Source: Ranitomeya imitator
Lineage: Eukaryota
NCBI RefSeq assembly: GCF_032444005.1
Contig: NC_091291.1
Coordinates: 4,216,001 to 4,280,000, forward strand
Direction of reading: 5' to 3'
Length of the DNA: 64,000 nt
Shown: positions 47,899 through 59,242 of the stretch, piece after piece
Numbering within the stretch: position 1 is the stretch's first letter
How the letters are laid out: each line of letters opens with the position of its first letter
Notes under the pieces: generated by a model
The model's input: the letters and a program-made list of their open reading frames with translations, nothing else
What the model was told of the DNA's origin: nothing
The model's database searches: none
Program-made: the position numbers and the translations under genes

Positions 47899-50800
47899 GC
47901 TTCGAAAGCATCACCAAACCAGGGATTCAAGCTTCAGGAGGCTAATTTGCATATTCCAGGTGCCTTCTGGGAGAAGCGAAGTCTCCCTAAGCTAGAAGAT
48001 CGTTGGGTACAGCCGGGACCAGCTGCTTCGAAAGCATCACCAAACCAGGGATTCAAGCTTCAGGAGGCTAATTTGCATATTCCAGGTGCCTTCTGGGAGA
48101 AGCGAAGTCTCCCTAAGCTAGAAGATCGTTGGGTACAGCCGGGACCAGCTGCTTCGAAAGCATCACCAAACCAGGGATTCAAGCTTCAGGAGGCTAATTT
48201 GCATATTCCAGGTGCCTTCTGGGAGAAGCGAAGTCTCCCTAAGCTAGAAGATCGTTGGGTACAGCCGGGACCAGCTGCTTCGAAAGCATCACCAAACCAG
48301 GGATTCAAGCTTCAGGAGGCTAATTTGCATATTCCAGGTGCCTTCTGGGAGAAGCGAAGTCTCCCTAAGCTAGAAGATCGTTGGGTACAGCCGGGACCAG
48401 CTGCTTCGAAAGCATCACCAAACCAGGGATTCAAGCTTCAGGAGGCTAATTTGCATATTCCAGGTGCCTTCTGGGAGAAGCGAAGTCTCCCTAAGCTAGA
48501 AGATCGTTGGGTACAGCCGGGACCAGCTGCTTCGAAAGCATCACCAAACCAGGGATTCAAGCTTCAGGAGGCTAATTTGCATATTCCAGGTGCCTTCTGG
48601 GAGAAGCGAAGTCTCCCTAAGCTAGAAGATCGTTGGGTACAGCCGGGACCAGCTGCTTCGAAAGCATCACCAAACCAGGGATTCAAGCTTCAGGAGGCTA
48701 ATTTGCATATTCCAGGTGCCTTCTGGGAGAAGCGAAGTCTCCCTAAGCTAGAAGATCGTTGGGTACAGCCGGGACCAGCTGCTTCGAAAGCATCACCAAA
48801 CCAGGGATTCAAGCTTCAGGAGGCTAATTTGCATATTCCAGGTGCCTTCTGGGAGAAGCGAAGTCTCCCTAAGCTAGAAGATCGTTGGGTACAGCCGGGA
48901 CCAGCTGCTTCGAAAGCATCACCAAACCAGGGATTCAAGCTTCAGGAGGCTAATTTGCATATTCCAGGTGCCTTCTGGGAGAAGCGAAGTCTCCCTAAGC
49001 TAGAAGATCGTTGGGTACAGCCGGGACCAGCTGCTTCGAAAGCATCACCAAACCAGGGATTCAAGCTTCAGGAGGCTAATTTGCATATTCCAGGTGCCTT
49101 CTGGGAGAAGCGAAGTCTCCCTAAGCTAGAAGATCGTTGGGTACAGCCGGGACCAGCTGCTTCGAAAGCATCACCAAACCAGGGATTCAAGCTTCAGGAG
49201 GCTAATTTGCATATTCCAGGTGCCTTCTGGGAGAAGCGAAGTCTCCCTAAGCTAGAAGATCGTTGGGTACAGCCGGGACCAGCTGCTTCGAAAGCATCAC
49301 CAAACCAGGGATTCAAGCTTCAGGAGGCTAATTTGCATATTCCAGGTGCCTTCTGGGAGAAGCGAAGTCTCCCTAAGCTAGAAGATCGTTGGGTACAGCC
49401 GGGACCAGCTGCTTCGAAAGCATCACCAAACCAGGGATTCAAGCTTCAGGAGGCTAATTTGCATATTCCAGGTGCCTTCTGGGAGAAGCGAAGTCTCCCT
49501 AAGCTAGAAGATCGTTGGGTACAGCCGGGACCAGCTGCTTCGAAAGCATCACCAAACCAGGGATTCAAGCTTCAGGAGGCTAATTTGCATATTCCAGGTG
49601 CCTTCTGGGAGAAGCGAAGTCTCCCTAAGCTAGAAGATCGTTGGGTACAGCCGGGACCAGCTGCTTCGAAAGCATCACCAAACCAGGGATTCAAGCTTCA
49701 GGAGGCTAATTTGCATATTCCAGGTGCCTTCTGGGAGAAGCGAAGTCTCCCTAAGCTAGAAGATCGTTGGGTACAGCCGGGACCAGCTGCTTCGAAAGCA
49801 TCACCAAACCAGGGATTCAAGCTTCAGGAGGCTAATTTGCATATTCCAGGTGCCTTCTGGGAGAAGCGAAGTCTCCCTAAGCTAGAAGATCGTTGGGTAC
49901 AGCCGGGACCAGCTGCTTCGAAAGCATCACCAAACCAGGGATTCAAGCTTCAGGAGGCTAATTTGCATATTCCAGGTGCCTTCTGGGAGAAGCGAAGTCT
50001 CCCTAAGCTAGAAGATCGTTGGGTACAGCCGGGACCAGCTGCTTCGAAAGCATCACCAAACCAGGGATTCAAGCTTCAGGAGGCTAATTTGCATATTCCA
50101 GGTGCCTTCTGGGAGAAGCGAAGTCTCCCTAAGCTAGAAGATCGTTGGGTACAGCCGGGACCAGCTGCTTCGAAAGCATCACCAAACCAGGGATTCAAGC
50201 TTCAGGAGGCTAATTTGCATATTCCAGGTGCCTTCTGGGAGAAGCGAAGTCTCCCTAAGCTAGAAGATCGTTGGGTACAGCCGGGACCAGCTGCTTCGAA
50301 AGCATCACCAAACCAGGGATTCAAGCTTCAGGAGGCTAATTTGCATATTCCAGGTGCCTTCTGGGAGAAGCGAAGTCTCCCTAAGCTAGAAGATCGTTGG
50401 GTACAGCCGGGACCAGCTGCTTCGAAAGCATCACCAAACCAGGGATTCAAGCTTCAGGAGGCTAATTTGCATATTCCAGGTGCCTTCTGGGAGAAGCGAA
50501 GTCTCCCTAAGCTAGAAGATCGTTGGGTACAGCCGGGACCAGCTGCTTCGAAAGCATCACCAAACCAGGGATTCAAGCTTCAGGAGGCTAATTTGCATAT
50601 TCCAGGTGCCTTCTGGGAGAAGCGAAGTCTCCCTAAGCTAGAAGATCGTTGGGTACAGCCGGGACCAGCTGCTTCGAAAGCATCACCAAACCAGGGATTC
50701 AAGCTTCAGGAGGCTAATTTGCATATTCCAGGTGCCTTCTGGGAGAAGCGAAGTCTCCCTAAGCTAGAAGATCGTTGGGTACAGCCGGGACCAGCTGCTT

Positions 50801-53086
50801 CGAAAGCATCACCAAACCAGGGATTCAAGCTTCAGGAGGCTAATTTGCATATTCCAGGTGCCTTCTGGGAGAAGCGAAGTCTCCCTAAGCTAGAAGATCG
50901 TTGGGTACAGCCGGGACCAGCTGCTTCGAAAGCATCACCAAACCAGGGATTCAAGCTTCAGGAGGCTAATTTGCATATTCCAGGTGCCTTCTGGGAGAAG
51001 CGAAGTCTCCCTAAGCTAGAAGATCGTTGGGTACAGCCGGGACCAGCTGCTTCGAAAGCATCACCAAACCAGGGATTCAAGCTTCAGGAGGCTAATTTGC
51101 ATATTCCAGGTGCCTTCTGGGAGAAGCGAAGTCTCCCTAAGCTAGAAGATCGTTGGGTACAGCCGGGACCAGCTGCTTCGAAAGCATCACCAAACCAGGG
51201 ATTCAAGCTTCAGGAGGCTAATTTGCATATTCCAGGTGCCTTCTGGGAGAAGCGAAGTCTCCCTAAGCTAGAAGATCGTTGGGTACAGCCGGGACCAGCT
51301 GCTTCGAAAGCATCACCAAACCAGGGATTCAAGCTTCAGGAGGCTAATTTGCATATTCCAGGTGCCTTCTGGGAGAAGCGAAGTCTCCCTAAGCTAGAAG
51401 ATCGTTGGGTACAGCCGGGACCAGCTGCTTCGAAAGCATCACCAAACCAGGGATTCAAGCTTCAGGAGGCTAATTTGCATATTCCAGGTGCCTTCTGGGA
51501 GAAGCGAAGTCTCCCTAAGCTAGAAGATCGTTGGGTACAGCCGGGACCAGCTGCTTCGAAAGCATCACCAAACCAGGGATTCAAGCTTCAGGAGGCTAAT
51601 TTGCATATTCCAGGTGCCTTCTGGGAGAAGCGAAGTCTCCCTAAGCTAGAAGATCGTTGGGTACAGCCGGGACCAGCTGCTTCGAAAGCATCACCAAACC
51701 AGGGATTCAAGCTTCAGGAGGCTAATTTGCATATTCCAGGTGCCTTCTGGGAGAAGCGAAGTCTCCCTAAGCTAGAAGATCGTTGGGTACAGCCGGGACC
51801 AGCTGCTTCGAAAGCATCACCAAACCAGGGATTCAAGCTTCAGGAGGCTAATTTGCATATTCCAGGTGCCTTCTGGGAGAAGCGAAGTCTCCCTAAGCTA
51901 GAAGATCGTTGGGTACAGCCGGGACCAGCTGCTTCGAAAGCATCACCAAACCAGGGATTCAAGCTTCAGGAGGCTAATTTGCATATTCCAGGTGCCTTCT
52001 GGGAGAAGCGAAGTCTCCCTAAGCTAGAAGATCGTTGGGTACAGCCGGGACCAGCTGCTTCGAAAGCATCACCAAACCAGGGATTCAAGCTTCAGGAGGC
52101 TAATTTGCATATTCCAGGTGCCTTCTGGGAGAAGCGAAGTCTCCCTAAGCTAGAAGATCGTTGGGTACAGCCGGGACCAGCTGCTTCGAAAGCATCACCA
52201 AACCAGGGATTCAAGCTTCAGGAGGCTAATTTGCATATTCCAGGTGCCTTCTGGGAGAAGCGAAGTCTCCCTAAGCTAGAAGATCGTTGGGTACAGCCGG
52301 GACCAGCTGCTTCGAAAGCATCACCAAACCAGGGATTCAAGCTTCAGGAGGCTAATTTGCATATTCCAGGTGCCTTCTGGGAGAAGCGAAGTCTCCCTAA
52401 GCTAGAAGATCGTTGGGTACAGCCGGGACCAGCTGCTTCGAAAGCATCACCAAACCAGGGATTCAAGCTTCAGGAGGCTAATTTGCATATTCCAGGTGCC
52501 TTCTGGGAGAAGCGAAGTCTCCCTAAGCTAGAAGATCGTTGGGTACAGCCGGGACCAGCTGCTTCGAAAGCATCACCAAACCAGGGATTCAAGCTTCAGG
52601 AGGCTAATTTGCATATTCCAGGTGCCTTCTGGGAGAAGCGAAGTCTCCCTAAGCTAGAAGATCGTTGGGTACAGCCGGGACCAGCTGCTTCGAAAGCATC
52701 ACCAAACCAGGGATTCAAGCTTCAGGAGGCTAATTTGCATATTCCAGGTGCCTTCTGGGAGAAGCGAAGTCTCCCTAAGCTAGAAGATCGTTGGGTACAG
52801 CCGGGACCAGCTGCTTCGAAAGCATCACCAAACCAGGGATTCAAGCTTCAGGAGGCTAATTTGCATATTCCAGGTGCCTTCTGGGAGAAGCGAAGTCTCC
52901 CTAAGCTAGAAGATCGTTGGGTACAGCCGGGACCAGCTGCTTCGAAAGCATCACCAAACCAGGGATTCAAGCTTCAGGAGGCTAATTTGCATATTCCAGG
53001 TGCCTTCTGGGAGAAGCGAAGTCTCCCTAAGCTAGAAGATCGTTGGGTACAGCCGGGACCAGCTGCTTCGAAAGCATCACCAAACC
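47899..53086 (+). repeat. 41 apparently identical 126-bp monomers plus a 22-bp partial copy
   Basis: GCTTCGAAAG starts at 47899 and 53065; 5166/126 = 41; all 42-aa translations in the ORF track are identical. Confidence 0.97.
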
Positions 53087-53201
53087 GCGCGCCTTACGGC
53101 GCGCGAATTTTTGCCTGTAGGACATTATTGCAAGAGAGCTTGGCTGAGTAGATTACACAAGAAGGAAAACACACAGCAAGTCAGCAGGATCTAGGAGCAA
53201 C

Positions 53202-54155
53202 ATGGCAGATGTGACAACCTACATGGTGAGCTGCAGCATGTGCTACATGTTCACAGATCGACCAGAAGAAGAATCCAATTTCACCTGTCAGAAGTGTAGA
53301 CTAGTGGCCCTTTTAGAAGAAAAGGTGCGGGGTCTGGAAGAAAGAATAGCAACTTTGAAACTCATCAAAGAGAATGAAGACTTTCTAGACAGAACAGAAG
53401 CATCTCTACTGGTCACAGAAGGTGCAAAAAGTGTCAGAGAACCTCCAAAAGCAGATGAGTGGAAGCATGTGACCAAAAGAAGCAAGAAGACCATGGAGAA
53501 ATCACCAACCACACAACTGAAGAACCGATATCAAATCTTTGTAGAGGATGAAGATGGCACACCTAAGAATGAAGCAATACCAGCAAGCAAAAAAGAAAAG
53601 GGCACACAGCAACAAGTGACAGCAAAAAGTACAGCCAAGAAGCAACGAAGAGTGGTGGTGGTGGGAGACTCACTACTGAGAGGCACCGAAGCAGCCATCT
53701 GCAGACCGGACATAACTGCAAGAGAAGTATGCTGCCTTCCAGGTGCGATGATCAAGGATGTGACCGATAGGATACCAAAGCTCTTCAGCTCCAAGGACGT
53801 CCACCCATTTCTTCTGATACATGTTGGCACCAATGACACGGCAAGGAAGGACCTACCGACAATCTGCAAGGACTTTGAAGAGTTGGGGAAGAAAGTAAAG
53901 GAACTGGATGCACAGGTAGTTTTTTCTTCTATCCTTCCAGTAGACGGGCATGGCACCAGGAGATGGAACAGGATCCTTGATGCAAACAACTGGCTAAGAC
54001 GATGGTGCAGACAACAAGGATTTGGATTCCTGGACCACGGTGTGAATTACTGGTATGATGGACTCCTCGCCAGAGACGGACTACACCTCAACAAACCTGG
54101 GAAACACACATTCGCCAGAAGACTCGCTACACTCATCAGGAGGGCGTTAAACTAG
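53202..54155 (+). CDS. CR1 ORF1p: zinc finger/leucine zipper plus SGNH esterase
   Basis: CxxC...CxxC, heptad LLEEKVRGLEERIATL, esterase blocks VVGDSLLRG, HVGTND and DGLHLN; Kozak AACATGG. Confidence 0.93.
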   Translation: MADVTTYMVSCSMCYMFTDRPEEESNFTCQKCRLVALLEEKVRGLEERIATLKLIKENEDFLDRTEASLLVTEGAKSVREPPKADEWKHVTKRSKKTMEKSPTTQLKNRYQIFVEDEDGTPKNEAIPASKKEKGTQQQVTAKSTAKKQRRVVVVGDSLLRGTEAAICRPDITAREVCCLPGAMIKDVTDRIPKLFSSKDVHPFLLIHVGTNDTARKDLPTICKDFEELGKKVKELDAQVVFSSILPVDGHGTRRWNRILDANNWLRRWCRQQGFGFLDHGVNYWYDGLLARDGLHLNKPGKHTFARRLATLIRRALN

Positions 54156-54292
54156 AAGAAGAGGGGACGGGAAGAAAAACATTAGACTCGAACAAAGACG
54201 ACCCAGGAAAACATACTCAGAAGGGAGGTAAGAACATTTCTAAAACAATCCACAGTGAGGAGATTGGAACAAAACAAAATCCTCTAAACTGC

Positions 54293-57073
54293 ATGCTCGC
54301 AAACGCCAGAAGCCTGACAAACAAGATGGAAGAACTAGAAGCAGAAATATCTACAGGTAACTTTGACATAGTGGGAATAACCGAGACATGGTTAGATGAA
54401 AGCTATGACTGGGCAGTTAACTTACAGGGTTACAGTCTGTTTAGAAAGGATCGTAAAAATAGGAGAGGAGGAGGGGTTTGTCTCTATGTAAAGTCTTGTC
54501 TAAAGTCCACTTTAAGGGAGGATATTAGCGAAGGGAATGAGGATGTCGAGTCCATATGGGTTGAAATTCATGGAGGGAAAAATGGTAACAAAATTCTCAT
54601 TGGGGTCTGTTACAAACCCCCAAATATAACAGAAAGCATGGAAAGTCTACTTCTAAAGCAGATAGATGAAGCTGCAACCCATAATGAGGTCCTGGTTATG
54701 GGGGACTTTAACTACCCGGATATTAACTGGGAAACAGAAACCTGTGAAACCCATAAAGGCAACAGGTTTCTGCTAATAACCAAGAAAAATTATCTTTCAC
54801 AATTGGTGCAGAATCCAACCAGAGGAGCAGCACTTTTAGACCTAATACTATCTAATAGACCTGACAGAATAACAAATCTGCAGGTGGTTGGGCATTTAGG
54901 AAATAGCGACCACAATATTGTGCAGTTTCACCTGTCTTTCACTAGGGGGACTTGTCAGGGAGTCACAAAAACATTGAACTTTAGGAAGGCAAAGTTTGAA
55001 CAGCTTAGAGATGCCCTTAATCTGGTAGACTGGGACAATATCCTCAGAAATGAGAATACAGATAATAAATGGGAAATGTTTAAGAACATCCTAAATAGGC
55101 AGTGTAAGCGGTTTATACCTTGTGGGAATAAAAGGACTAGAAATAGGAAAAACCCAATGTGGCTAAACAAAGAAGTAAGACAGGCAATTAACAGTAAAAA
55201 GAAAGCATTTGCACTACTAAAGCAGGATGGCACCATTGAAGCTCTAAAAAACTATAGGGAGAAAAATACTTTATCTAAAAAACTAATTAAAGCTGCCAAA
55301 AAGGAAACAGAGAAGCACATTGCTAAGGAGAGTAAAACTAATCCCAAACTGTTCTTCAACTATATCAATAGTAAAAGAATAAAAACTGAAAATGTAGGCC
55401 CCTTAAAAAATAGTGAGGAAAGAATGGTTGTAGATGACGAGGAAAAAGCTAACATATTAAACACCTTCTTCTCCACGGTATTCACGGTGGAAAATGAAAT
55501 GCTAGGTGAAATCCCAAGAAACAATGAAAACCCTATATTAAGGGTCACCAATCTAACCCAAGAAGAGGTGCGAAACCGGCTAAATAAGATTAAAATAGAT
55601 AAATCTCCGGGTCCGGATGGCATACACCCACGAGTACTAAGAGAACTAAGTAATGTAATAGATAAACCATTATTTCTTATTTTTAGTGACTCTATAGCGA
55701 CAGGGTCTGTTCCGCAGGACTGGCGCATAGCAAATGTGGTGCCAATATTCAAAAAGGGCTCTAAAAGTGAACCTGGAAATTATAGGCCAGTAAGTCTAAC
55801 CTCTATTGTTGGTAAAATATTTGAAGGGTTTCTGAGGGATGTTATTCTGGATTATCTCAATGAGAATAACTGTTTAACTCCATATCAGCATGGGTTTATG
55901 AGAAATCGCTCCTGTCAAACCAATCTAATCAGTTTTTATGAAGAGGTAAGCTATAGACTGGACCACGGTGAGTCATTGGACGTGGTATATCTCGATTTTT
56001 CCAAAGCGTTTGATACCGTGCCGCACAAGAGGTTGGTACACAAAATGAGAATGCTTGGTCTGGGGGAAAATGTGTGTAAATGGGTTAGTAACTGGCTTAG
56101 TGATAGAAAGCAGAGGGTGGTTATAAATGGTATAGTCTCTAACTGGGTCGCTGTGACCAGTGGGGTACCGCAGGGGTCAGTATTGGGACCTGTTCTCTTC
56201 AACATATTCATTAATGATCTGGTAGAAGGTTTACACAGTAAAATATCGATATTTGCAGATGATACAAAACTATGTAAAGCAGTTAATACAAGAGAAGATA
56301 GTATTCTGCTACAGATGGATCTGGATAAGTTGGAAACTTGGGCTGAAAGGTGGCAGATGAGGTTTAACAATGATAAATGTAAGGTTATACACATGGGAAG
56401 AGGGAATCAATATCACCATTACACACTGAACGGGAAACCACTGGGTAAATCTGACAGGGAGAAGGACTTGGGGATCCTAGTTAATGATAAACTTACCTGG
56501 AGCAGCCAGTGCCAGGCAGCAGCTGCCAAGGCAAACAGGATCATGGGGTGCATTAAAAGAGGTCTGGATACACATGATGAGAGCATTATACTGCCTCTGT
56601 ACAAATCCCTAGTTAGACCGCACATGGAGTACTGTGTCCAGTTTTGGGCACCGGTGCTCAGGAAGGATATAATGGAACTAGAGAGAGTACAAAGGAGGGC
56701 AACAAAATTAATAAAGGGGATGGGAGAACTACAATACCCAGATAGATTAGCGAAATTAGGATTATTTAGTCTAGAAAAAAGACGACTGAGGGGCGATCTA
56801 ATAACCATGTATAAGTATATAAGGGGACAATACAAATATCTCGCTGAGGATCTGTTTATACCAAGGAAGGTGACGGGCACAAGGGGGCATTCTTTGCGTC
56901 TGGAGGAGAGAAGGTTTTTCCACCAACATAGAAGAGGATTCTTTACTGTTAGGGCAGTGAGAATCTGGAATTGCTTGCCTGAGGAGGTGGTGATGGCGAA
57001 CTCAGTCGAGGGGTTCAAGAGAGGCCTGGATGTCTTCCTGGAGCAGAACAATATTGTATCATACAATTATTAG
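54293..57073 (+). CDS. CR1 ORF2p: APE endonuclease plus reverse transcriptase, uninterrupted
   Basis: ANARSL, GITETW, GDFNYPDINW, SDHN (APE); [39 protein letters not shown] (RT). Confidence 0.97.
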   Translation: MLANARSLTNKMEELEAEISTGNFDIVGITETWLDESYDWAVNLQGYSLFRKDRKNRRGGGVCLYVKSCLKSTLREDISEGNEDVESIWVEIHGGKNGNKILIGVCYKPPNITESMESLLLKQIDEAATHNEVLVMGDFNYPDINWETETCETHKGNRFLLITKKNYLSQLVQNPTRGAALLDLILSNRPDRITNLQVVGHLGNSDHNIVQFHLSFTRGTCQGVTKTLNFRKAKFEQLRDALNLVDWDNILRNENTDNKWEMFKNILNRQCKRFIPCGNKRTRNRKNPMWLNKEVRQAINSKKKAFALLKQDGTIEALKNYREKNTLSKKLIKAAKKETEKHIAKESKTNPKLFFNYINSKRIKTENVGPLKNSEERMVVDDEEKANILNTFFSTVFTVENEMLGEIPRNNENPILRVTNLTQEEVRNRLNKIKIDKSPGPDGIHPRVLRELSNVIDKPLFLIFSDSIATGSVPQDWRIANVVPIFKKGSKSEPGNYRPVSLTSIVGKIFEGFLRDVILDYLNENNCLTPYQHGFMRNRSCQTNLISFYEEVSYRLDHGESLDVVYLDFSKAFDTVPHKRLVHKMRMLGLGENVCKWVSNWLSDRKQRVVINGIVSNWVAVTSGVPQGSVLGPVLFNIFINDLVEGLHSKISIFADDTKLCKAVNTREDSILLQMDLDKLETWAERWQMRFNNDKCKVIHMGRGNQYHHYTLNGKPLGKSDREKDLGILVNDKLTWSSQCQAAAAKANRIMGCIKRGLDTHDESIILPLYKSLVRPHMEYCVQFWAPVLRKDIMELERVQRRATKLIKGMGELQYPDRLAKLGLFSLEKRRLRGDLITMYKYIRGQYKYLAEDLFIPRKVTGTRGHSLRLEERRFFHQHRRGFFTVRAVRIWNCLPEEVVMANSVEGFKRGLDVFLEQNNIVSYNY

Positions 57074-57178
57074 GTTCTGTAGAAGGACGTAGATCTGGGT
57101 ATTTATTATGATGGAATATAGGCTGAACTGGATGGACAAATGTCTTTTTTCGGCCTTACTAACTATGTTACTATGTTA

Positions 57179-58709
57179 CACATGGTGGGCCGACGTCTCC
57201 CGCGCTCCATTCCTTTCTTATACACACAGCACATGGTGGGCCGACATCTCCCACGCCCCATTCCTTTCTTATATACACAGCACATGGTGGGCCGATGTCT
57301 TCAGCGCTCCATTCCTTTCTTATACCCACTGCACATGGTGGGCCGATGTCTTCAGCGCTCCATTCCTTTCTTATACCCACTGCACATGGTGGGCCGACGT
57401 CTCCAGCGCCCCATTCCTTTCTTTTATGCACAGCACATGGTGGGCCGACGTCTCCCGCGCCCCATTCCTTTCTTATACCCACTGCACATGGTGGGCCGAT
57501 GTCTCCAGCGCTCCATTCCTTTCTTATACCCACAGCACATGGTGGGCCGACGTCTCCCGCGCCCCATTCTTTTCTTTTATGCACAGCACATGGTGGGCCG
57601 ACGTCTCCCGCGCCCCATTCCTTTCTTATACCTACTGCACATGGTGGGCCGACATCTCCCACGCCCCATTCCTTTCTTATATACACAGCACATGGTGGGC
57701 CGATGTCTCCAGCGCTCCATTCCTTTCTTATACCCACTGCACATGGTGGGCCGACGTCTCCCGCGCCCCATTCCTTTCTTATACCTACTGCACATGGTGG
57801 GCCGACATCTCCCACGCCCCATTCCTTTCTTATATACACAGCACATGGTGGGCCGATGTCTCCAGCGCTCCATTCCTTTCTTATACCCACTGCACATGGT
57901 GGGCCGACGTCTCCAGCGCCCCATTCCTTTCTTTTATGCACAGCACATGGTGGGCCGACGTCTCCCGCGCCCCATTCCTTTCTTATACACACAGCACATG
58001 GTGGGCCGACGTCTCCCGCGCCCCATTCCTTTCTTATACCCACTGCACATGGTGGGCCGATGTCTCCCGCGCCCCATTCCTTTCTTTTATGCACAGCACA
58101 TGGTGGGCCGACGTCTCCCGCGCCCTATTCCTTTCTTATACGCACAGCACATGGTGGGCCGACGTCTTCCGCGCCCCATTCCTTTCTTATACGCACAGCA
58201 CATGGTGGGCCGACGTCTTCCGTGCCCCATTCCTTTCTTATATGCACAGCACATGGTGGGCCGACGTCTCCCACGCCCCATTCCTTTCTTATACCCACTG
58301 CACATGGTGGGCCGACATCTCCCGCGCCCCATTCCTTTCTTATACGCACAGCACATGGTGGGCCGACGTCTTCCGCGCCCCATTCCTTTCTTATACGCAC
58401 AGCACATGGTGGGCCGACGTCTTCCGCGCCCCATTCCTTTCTTATACCCACTGCACATGGTGGGCCGACGTCTCCCGCGCCCCATTCCTTTCTTATACGC
58501 ACAGCACATGATGGGCCGACATCTCCCGCGCCCCATTCCTTTCTTATACCCACTGCACATGGTGGGCCGACATCTCCCGCGCCCCATTCCTTTCTTATAC
58601 GCACAGCACATGGTGGTCCGACGTCTCCAGCGCCCCATTCCTTTCTTATACACACAGCACATGGTGGGCCGACGTCTTCCGCGCCCCATTCCTTTCTTAT
58701 ACACAGCAC
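57179..58709. repeat. 51-bp minisatellite, right part
   Basis: About 30 copies of the same unit as 47275-47893. Confidence 0.96.
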
Positions 58710-59242
58710 TATGAGCTATCGGTAGTGCAGGGCCCCTCTGATGAGTGGCCCCCATGGATGTATCTACTCTGTAACCCCGGGGGGACACTGCCTGGGCTCC
58801 TGGAGGTCGGGGGGCTGATCCTCAGCTCCGGGGGGGCTACCTCTCACCCAGTGGCCACTGCAGACCCCCTGTGGCACAGACGCCCCCAATCTTCCGCTGC
58901 CCCCCGGCTTCACATTGGGATGACATTCCCCTGACCTCCCCTTCTACAGCATAGACCCCATCGCTGCTGGGACTTCTGGTTCGCCGCCGTCTGTGGCGGC
59001 TCTTTCTAAGCAGAGGATTTAGGAAGCTTTTCATTCTGTGCCAGGACAAATAGTAGAAGCGTGGCGGGAGGACGACGTCTCATGAGACCTGGCGATTGCT
59101 GCAGGCTGGAGAGTGCGGGGGAAACCGTCAGCAGGCAGGGGCATCGGGCAGTGGTGGTTCGGGCGCCCCCCATAGAAATGGCCCCTCCACGTCTGATCTG
59201 GAGAAATCAAGTGCATGAGCAGTATGCAAATCAGGCTGGAGG

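Larger units (their letters stand above)
47899..57178 (+). mobile_element. Full-length intact CR1 LINE (about 9.3 kb) including a 5' monomer array
   Basis: Array plus ORF1 plus ORF2 plus a short 3' UTR with the CR1-type GGCTGAACTGGATGGAC..TTTTTTCGGCC stem and (ACTATGTT)n-like tail; inserted in the 51-bp array with only CACA-type microhomology at the junctions. Confidence 0.9.

Noticed and set aside
47242-53151. 1969-aa ORF with 41 x 42-aa repeats as a real protein
   Set aside because: It starts in the flanking 51-bp minisatellite, not in the LINE; the monomer has no Met; a 42-codon frame is stop-free by chance about 13% of the time ((61/64)^42), and perfect repetition extends it automatically
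54095-54106. GGGAAAC slippery site for ORF1-ORF2 -1 frameshifting
   Set aside because: The ORF2 frame is open from 54059 and overlaps the ORF1 end in the -1 frame, but the heptamer is out of register (ORF1 reads CCT GGG AAA CAC)
58732-58770. CTGATGAG as a hammerhead core
   Set aside because: No stem II or GAAA at a suitable distance; likewise CTGATGAAA at about 30057 lies in the transposase remnant
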